A stretch of 64,000 bases of DNA from an uncultured Muribaculaceae bacterium (GTDB lineage Bacteria; Bacteroidota; Bacteroidia; Bacteroidales; UBA932), in contig CAZHLJ010000004.1 in the NCBI GenBank assembly GCA_964533215.1, positions 191,587-255,586 on the forward strand, written 5' to 3'. Every line of letters begins with the position of its first letter. Within the stretch, counting starts at the first letter, position 1. The position numbers were made by a program, and so were the translations under genes. Under the pieces are notes generated by a model. That model saw only the letters and a list, made by a program, of their open reading frames with translations. It was not told the DNA's origin and ran no database searches. Shown in pieces: positions 59,248 through 64,000 of this stretch.

Positions 59248-60444
59248 TCAATACAACAACCCGAACATCCACAGCGGAACTTGATTACCCATGCCAATTT
59301 CAATATTGTCTTTGGCCACAAATGGGTTTTTCAAACCTGCTAATTGTTTTTGACTCTTGTCTTTTCCTCCTATTTCAAAACTATATTTCTCATCAATTAT
59401 AAAATCCGTTTTATCGGAATAGCCAACCTTATTAGTTACATTCAGCATTGAATAAAAAAATGTTTCTCTGACATTGCCGATATCTGCTCCATCTCCGGAA
59501 ATGGCATAAGCATAGTTAGTATTACCAAGATATATCTTTTCGGGCTTAACCAATCTTTTGAGGCCTTGTGCTTCCTTATCAAGAATCAATATTGTATGCG
59601 CCCGGTTCAAAGCTTCAAGATAACACAACAGGCTCGGCCTTGTTGTTCCTACCTGTTCGGCCAATTTGCTGATATTGGGTTTAAAAGGCACACTAGCAGC
59701 AATTATTGAAAAGAGTTTTTTAATCTTGATTATTGTCTGATATTCAATGTCAATATCTGCGGGCAAGTCTACCTCTATGACAGTATTGATTGTTTCAGAA
59801 AGCCGGTTATAATAACCCTCCTTATCTTCTTTATAGTATGGAAAATATCCATACTTAATAAACTCCTTGAATGCTGCAATAGGCCGGAACTCTTTACCAA
59901 GATCCGTTGCAATAGCTACGTGGTTGGTCAATAAATCTTCCAGTGTAACCACAGCTCTTTTAATCCCGTATTCATACTCCAGGTACTCCCTAAAAGACAT
60001 CCCATTTAGTGTATATTTTATAGCCCGTCGGCTTAAATCTCCTCCAGAACGGTGTATGTCAAGCATAGAAGATCCTGTAAACACAACTTTCATTTCGGGG
60101 TAAGAGTCATAAATATTCTTTATCTCCCTCGACCATCCTTTGTATTTATGAACCTCATCCAGAAAAAGGGCCTTTCCCCCGTTTTTATGGAATTCATCTG
60201 CAAGTTCCAGCAAGGAGTGATTGGCAAACCACAAGTTATCCAGAGAAGCATAAAGAACTTCAGACGAATTTACATCATAATCCATTTTAATATGCTGGAG
60301 CAGCAACGTTGTCTTACCAACACCACGGGCTCCTACAATAGCAATAAGCCTGTTTCCCCAATTTATATTTGAATATAAGTATCTTACAAAGTCCAGCTCC
60401 GTTCTAGGAATCAAGTATCTGAATCTTGAAAATAGATTTTCCAT
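59248..60444 (-). CDS. AAA+ ATPase (AAA_14/DUF4143-like)
   Basis: Walker A GARGVGKTT, Walker B FLDEVH, TGSS, KPEKIYL, RETFF; C-terminal D..FEIGGK nuclease-like motif. Confidence 0.88.
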   Translation of the reverse strand: MENLFSRFRYLIPRTELDFVRYLYSNINWGNRLIAIVGARGVGKTTLLLQHIKMDYDVNSSEVLYASLDNLWFANHSLLELADEFHKNGGKALFLDEVHKYKGWSREIKNIYDSYPEMKVVFTGSSMLDIHRSGGDLSRRAIKYTLNGMSFREYLEYEYGIKRAVVTLEDLLTNHVAIATDLGKEFRPIAAFKEFIKYGYFPYYKEDKEGYYNRLSETINTVIEVDLPADIDIEYQTIIKIKKLFSIIAASVPFKPNISKLAEQVGTTRPSLLCYLEALNRAHTILILDKEAQGLKRLVKPEKIYLGNTNYAYAISGDGADIGNVRETFFYSMLNVTNKVGYSDKTDFIIDEKYSFEIGGKDKSQKQLAGLKNPFVAKDNIEIGMGNQVPLWMFGLLY

Positions 60445-60462
60445 ATTGCAATATCTTTTTTA

Positions 60463-60470
60463 CAAAGATA
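60463..60470 (-). promoter_or_regulatory. -7 promoter box for the AAA ATPase
   Basis: TATCTTTG, 18 nt upstream of ATG. Confidence 0.55.
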
Positions 60471-60565
60471 ATTGTATTTTCCAATATACAAATTATAATG
60501 TAATTTGATTTTTCAAAAACACCCGTTGAACGTAAACCGATAAAAACCGGATTAAAAGTCATAAC

Positions 60566-60780
60566 TTTATTTCATTAACAAGCGGATTCAATAAAGGAAG
60601 TGGGTTAATCGGTAAGTGGATAAACAATAAAAATACGTTGGAATATTTGGGTGCATGGAGAATTCGGGATAATTGGACGATAAGCTAGTAAAAAGCAGAT
60701 CTACTGAATGTCGCCATCTTTGGAATTACAGTAAAAGAGTGGAGAGACAATAATGTCGACAAAAATGGAAATAATAAGAC
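60566..60780 (+). pseudogene. Decayed KilA-N domain protein gene
   Basis: Hand-translated fragments in different frames: FISLT..GSGLIGKWINNKNTLEYLGAW, EFGIIG and ADLLNVAIFGITVKEWRDNNVDKNGN; no start codon, frameshifts and stops. Confidence 0.7.
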
Positions 60781-60785
60781 AAAAT

Positions 60786-61166
60786 ATGGATGAAATTAAA
60801 CTTAACATTAAAAAGCAAATCGCAAAAACAGACAATGCTTTTACCAATCATTTGAACAGAGTGTACTGGAATGGTTTATTGGATGAAGATATTAACTCCC
60901 TTTATAAACATCAGAAAAATATAACTAGATTTTATCAGATTTATAAAGTTTTATCCATTACCTTTTCTGCTTTATTAATATCAATATCTGTATCTAAATA
61001 CTTCAATTTAGGCGATTTGATTGATATGAATAAGTCTGGATTAATGATTCTGTTTACTTTGATATTTATGATAGAGACTTATAGGTTTTATAAGCTAAAA
61101 GTAAATCTGGAGTATAAAATATACTTACTTAAGCTCTTGGAGGCTATTGACAAAAATCAAATATAA
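60786..61166 (+). CDS. Hypothetical two-TM membrane protein
   Basis: AT-rich ORF with two hydrophobic segments; ATG at 60786 preferred because 60753 lies inside the pseudogene remnant. Confidence 0.6.
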   Translation: MDEIKLNIKKQIAKTDNAFTNHLNRVYWNGLLDEDINSLYKHQKNITRFYQIYKVLSITFSALLISISVSKYFNLGDLIDMNKSGLMILFTLIFMIETYRFYKLKVNLEYKIYLLKLLEAIDKNQI

Positions 61167-61420
61167 TGAAAACCGATCTAACTGTTCTGCTTGAAATTGA
61201 TGACATAATAATTGCAGAAGATATCCAGAGAGTTCTGGAAGATTCTCAGATTTATTCTTTGCTAGTTTCAGATAATCCAGCCTCTTCTGTTTTAAATGTC
61301 TATTCTGGGTTTAATCCAATGGAAAACGTCACCATCCAGATAAATAAAAATGACTATCAGAAGGCTGTTGAAATAATTAATAACAGCGCATACAAAGATT
61401 TATTGACAGACATCGCTTAG
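61166..61420 (+). CDS. DUF2007-like small protein (putative signal-transducing protein)
   Basis: A..I...LE...I and I.I...D..KA..I pattern; translationally coupled (TAATG) to the upstream ORF. Confidence 0.65.
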   Translation: MKTDLTVLLEIDDIIIAEDIQRVLEDSQIYSLLVSDNPASSVLNVYSGFNPMENVTIQINKNDYQKAVEIINNSAYKDLLTDIA

Positions 61421-61425
61421 ACCCA

Positions 61426-62289
61426 CTATTTTTTTGCCGTGCCTGCCTTGGGTGGGGTCTTCACCATCTCAGGCTCTATTACTGCCGGTTTCCCCTTATA
61501 TATGCTGTAAATTACAAGAGCCAGGCCTCCTAGTACAAAAGGAATGCTAAGCAGTTGCCCCATATTGAGAGACATACCTTGTTCGAAGGCAACCTGCGGC
61601 TCCTTGACAAACTCGATAAAAAAGCGCGAAGCAAAGATGCCTATCAAAAACAGCCCAAAAAGGGTTCCTCTCTTGAGTTTTGGGAGAAAATTGCGGTACA
61701 TCAGAATTAGAATGACAAAAAGCAGCAGATACGAAAGTGCCTCGTAAAGCTGTGTCGGGTGTTTTGGGAGAGTCTCTCCCCGAAGCGTAAATATGAAGCC
61801 CCATGGCAGATCTGTAGGATTGCCGTAAATTTCAGAATTCATCAGGTTACCAAGTCTTATCAGACAGCCGGCAAGTGCAGTTGCAATGCCTATTCTGTCC
61901 ATCAGCCATAGAAAGTCGAACCTGAATTTCTTGCCATATTTCCTTACGAACCACCACATAGCCAGAAGAATGGCTATTGCACCTCCGTGACTGGCAAGAC
62001 CTCCGTGCCACACTTTTATAATCTCTAAGGGATGAGCCAGATAATAGTCAGGCTCATAGAAAAAACAGTGGCCAAATCTTGCACCAATGACTGCAGAACC
62101 AAGCAAGGTATAAAGCAATACATCCAGAATGTCCAGAGGTAGTTTCTCTCTTTTGAAGAACCACTGGAAAATGTAAAAACCTATTATGAATCCCGATACG
62201 AAAAGTATACTATAGTACCTTATGTGAAGAGAACCTATCGAAAAAATGTCGGGATTCGGATGCCAGGTAATGGAGAGAAGAGTATTCAT
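61426..62289 (-). CDS. lgt: Prolipoprotein diacylglyceryl transferase
   Basis: IRYY, GARFGH, GGLASHGG, RLGNLMNSE, HPTQLYE, RFFIEF, MGQLLS motifs. Confidence 0.96.
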   Translation of the reverse strand: MNTLLSITWHPNPDIFSIGSLHIRYYSILFVSGFIIGFYIFQWFFKREKLPLDILDVLLYTLLGSAVIGARFGHCFFYEPDYYLAHPLEIIKVWHGGLASHGGAIAILLAMWWFVRKYGKKFRFDFLWLMDRIGIATALAGCLIRLGNLMNSEIYGNPTDLPWGFIFTLRGETLPKHPTQLYEALSYLLLFVILILMYRNFLPKLKRGTLFGLFLIGIFASRFFIEFVKEPQVAFEQGMSLNMGQLLSIPFVLGGLALVIYSIYKGKPAVIEPEMVKTPPKAGTAKK

Positions 62290-62292
62290 AGA

Positions 62293-63243
62293 TTATCTTT
62301 TTAGACGGGTAAAGACACTGAGCGGTAAGGCTTTGTCAAACTTATCCTTAAGCACGAGCTCTCCGAATTTGAGCTCCATCTCCTTACCGACCTGTTCGGC
62401 ACTTTTTTTACCGGTATTATTAAGCTTAAATGATGTTTTTACCAAGGTGTCAGCCAACACAGCCGAGTAACCATTGGAATATAGATTCAGGACAAGGAAA
62501 CTGTCCTTTGGTGCAAGGATTTTTGAAACCTCGGAGAGAAGTTCGAACAGAAGCTCATCCAGCTTCCATCTCTCCCCATCCGGGCCATGTCCGTATGCAG
62601 GAGGGTCCAGAATTATTCCGTGATAAAGATTTCCTCTCCTGGCCTCTCTCTTGACAAACTTGAGAGCATCCTCTATCACCCAACGGATATTGTCGAGCTT
62701 GCTTATCTCCATGTTCACCCTTGCCCAGTTTACCACCTGTTTCACAGAATCAAGATGAGTCACCTCTGCTCCGCCACAATTGGCAGCCAGACTTGCTGCT
62801 CCTGTGTACGCGAAAAGGTTCAGGACTCTAGGTTTCTTGCCCGGGGTCGGATTGGCGTTTACAATCTCCCTCGTTTTAGCATATATGTAGTCCCAGTTAG
62901 GAGCCTGTTCAGGGAAAACTCCAACATGCTTGAAAGATGTAAGGCCAAGTCTCAATTTGAAAGAGAATTCTGCCCTGTTGTATGCAATCACCCACTGCTC
63001 ATCCATCTTCTTGAGCATATGCCATGTTCCGGAATCCTCCTTACCGGCTTTTCCAAAACCTGCACCTGTAGTGAATTTTGTATGAGCCATCTCCAGCCAC
63101 TCCTTGTTAGACAGCGTTTTATTCCAAAGAGCTTTTGGTTCAGGTCTTATCAGATAATACCCCCCAAAGCGTTCGAGCTTTTCAAAATCGCCCGAATCTA
63201 TCAATTCATAATCATTCCATTTAACAGGGTACTCAAGCAGCAT
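62293..63243 (-). CDS. Class I SAM-dependent methyltransferase (RlmI/RlmK-like)
   Basis: YELIDSG..KLERFG, KHVGVFPEQ, LNLFAYTG, ILDPPAYG motifs. Confidence 0.85.
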   Translation of the reverse strand: MLLEYPVKWNDYELIDSGDFEKLERFGGYYLIRPEPKALWNKTLSNKEWLEMAHTKFTTGAGFGKAGKEDSGTWHMLKKMDEQWVIAYNRAEFSFKLRLGLTSFKHVGVFPEQAPNWDYIYAKTREIVNANPTPGKKPRVLNLFAYTGAASLAANCGGAEVTHLDSVKQVVNWARVNMEISKLDNIRWVIEDALKFVKREARRGNLYHGIILDPPAYGHGPDGERWKLDELLFELLSEVSKILAPKDSFLVLNLYSNGYSAVLADTLVKTSFKLNNTGKKSAEQVGKEMELKFGELVLKDKFDKALPLSVFTRLKR

Positions 63244-63279
63244 AGTAACAATTTATAATTCTTTAACTTTATATCGGCC

Positions 63280-63317
63280 CGAAGGTAGCAATTTTTCTAA
63301 GAATATTTCTAAATTTG
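63280..63317. promoter_or_regulatory. Divergent -7 boxes for the methyltransferase-lgt operon and pgk
   Basis: Minus TACCTTCG (63287-63280) and plus TAAATTTG (63310-63317). Confidence 0.55.
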
Positions 63318-63353
63318 CCCCTACAAAAGAGAATCAACTAAATAATATAACCT

Positions 63354-64000
63354 ATGCAAAAGATTGATAATTACGATTTCTCCGGCAAAAGAGCAATTGT
63401 ACGTGTAGATTTTAATGTTCCTTTGAATGAATCGTTTCAGATTACAGATGATACAAGGATCCGCGCTGCTATACCAACACTTAAGAAGGTGCTCGCAGGC
63501 GGAGGTTCGCTTATAGTTATGTCGCACCTTGGAAGGCCGAAAGGACCGACTAACAAATATTCTCTAAAACATATAATTCCAGCTATTGAAGAGAAGCTTG
63601 GCACTAAGATCAAATTCGCTCCTGACTGTATGGGAGAAGAGGCTGCCGAGCTCTCAAAGACTTTGAAGCCTGGTGAGGTGCTACTCCTGGAAAATCTTCG
63701 TTTCTATGCAGAGGAGGAGGGAAAACCTCGTGACCTTGCCGATGATGTCACTGAGGAGGTCAAGAAAGCTGCCAAGGCCGACATGAAAGAGAAACAGAAA
63801 GAGTTCACAAAGAAGCTTGCCTCATATGCAGACTGCTACATCAATGATGCTTTCGGTACTGCTCACCGTGCTCATGCTTCCACAGCTTTGATTGCCAAGT
63901 ATTTCCCTGACGACAAGATGTTCGGCTATGTAATGGAGAATGAGATTATCGCCATAGATAAGGTGCTTAAATCTCCTGTTCACCCTGTAACCGCAATAAT
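63354..64000 (+). CDS. pgk: Phosphoglycerate kinase, 5' part (partial, runs off window)
   Basis: Hand-translated [55 protein letters not shown]. Confidence 0.96.
   Translation, partial: MQKIDNYDFSGKRAIVRVDFNVPLNESFQITDDTRIRAAIPTLKKVLAGGGSLIVMSHLGRPKGPTNKYSLKHIIPAIEEKLGTKIKFAPDCMGEEAAELSKTLKPGEVLLLENLRFYAEEEGKPRDLADDVTEEVKKAAKADMKEKQKEFTKKLASYADCYINDAFGTAHRAHASTALIAKYFPDDKMFGYVMENEIIAIDKVLKSPVHPVTAI

Noticed and set aside
59240..60760. tmRNA (ssrA) or prophage attachment site next to smpB
   Set aside because: No tRNA-like ends, tag reading frame, integrase or direct repeats seen
62587..63258. 223-aa plus-strand ORF
   Set aside because: Entirely antisense to a well-supported methyltransferase; no recognisable motifs
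63321..63527. 68-aa minus-strand ORF
   Set aside because: Antisense to pgk, which the ORF track missed because it runs off the window
63700..63820. Charged insertion in Pgk (GKPRDLADD...KEKQKEF)
   Set aside because: As I recall, a usual feature of Bacteroidales Pgk rather than a novelty
1..64000. CRISPR arrays, tRNA/rRNA genes, IS transposases
   Set aside because: No regularly spaced repeats, cloverleafs or transposase motifs found by eye; intergenic gaps are mostly too short

Overview
Chromosomal segment of a Bacteroidales (Bacteroidota) bacterium, judged from TAnnTTTG promoter boxes, SusC/SusD loci and Bacteroidales-type TopA and Pgk. Housekeeping genes (trpB2, lipA/lipB, prmC, ddl, PBP1a, topA, ispD, purH-mreBCD-mrdA-rodA, acyl-CoA carboxyltransferase plus biotin carrier, gcvP, miaA, smpB, lgt, pgk) are interleaved with envelope and accessory modules. 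These modules are: (i) a FecR-SusC-SusD locus with no adjacent ECF sigma; (ii) a lipoprotein pair plus ECF sigma plus an anti-sigma with a C-terminal beta-barrel; (iii) a TPR-AraC-led SusC/SusD/DUF4843/PKD locus that has no glycosidase and instead ends in TlpA-DsbD-TlpA thiol-redox genes, facing an M28 peptidase/DUF5686 operon; (iv) an AT-rich islet after smpB with an AAA ATPase and a decayed KilA-N-type gene. Features absent from the ORF track include a complete Trp attenuator (25-aa WWW leader peptide, protector, antiterminator, terminator) upstream of the stand-alone trpB2, a ~110-nt strand-biased hairpin between divergent genes at 53.8-53.9 kb, back-to-back near-leaderless promoters for miaA/smpB, and partial SusD and Pgk genes at the edges. 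No tRNA, rRNA, CRISPR array or intact mobile element was seen. Family assignments come from motif recognition by eye; no database searches were run.
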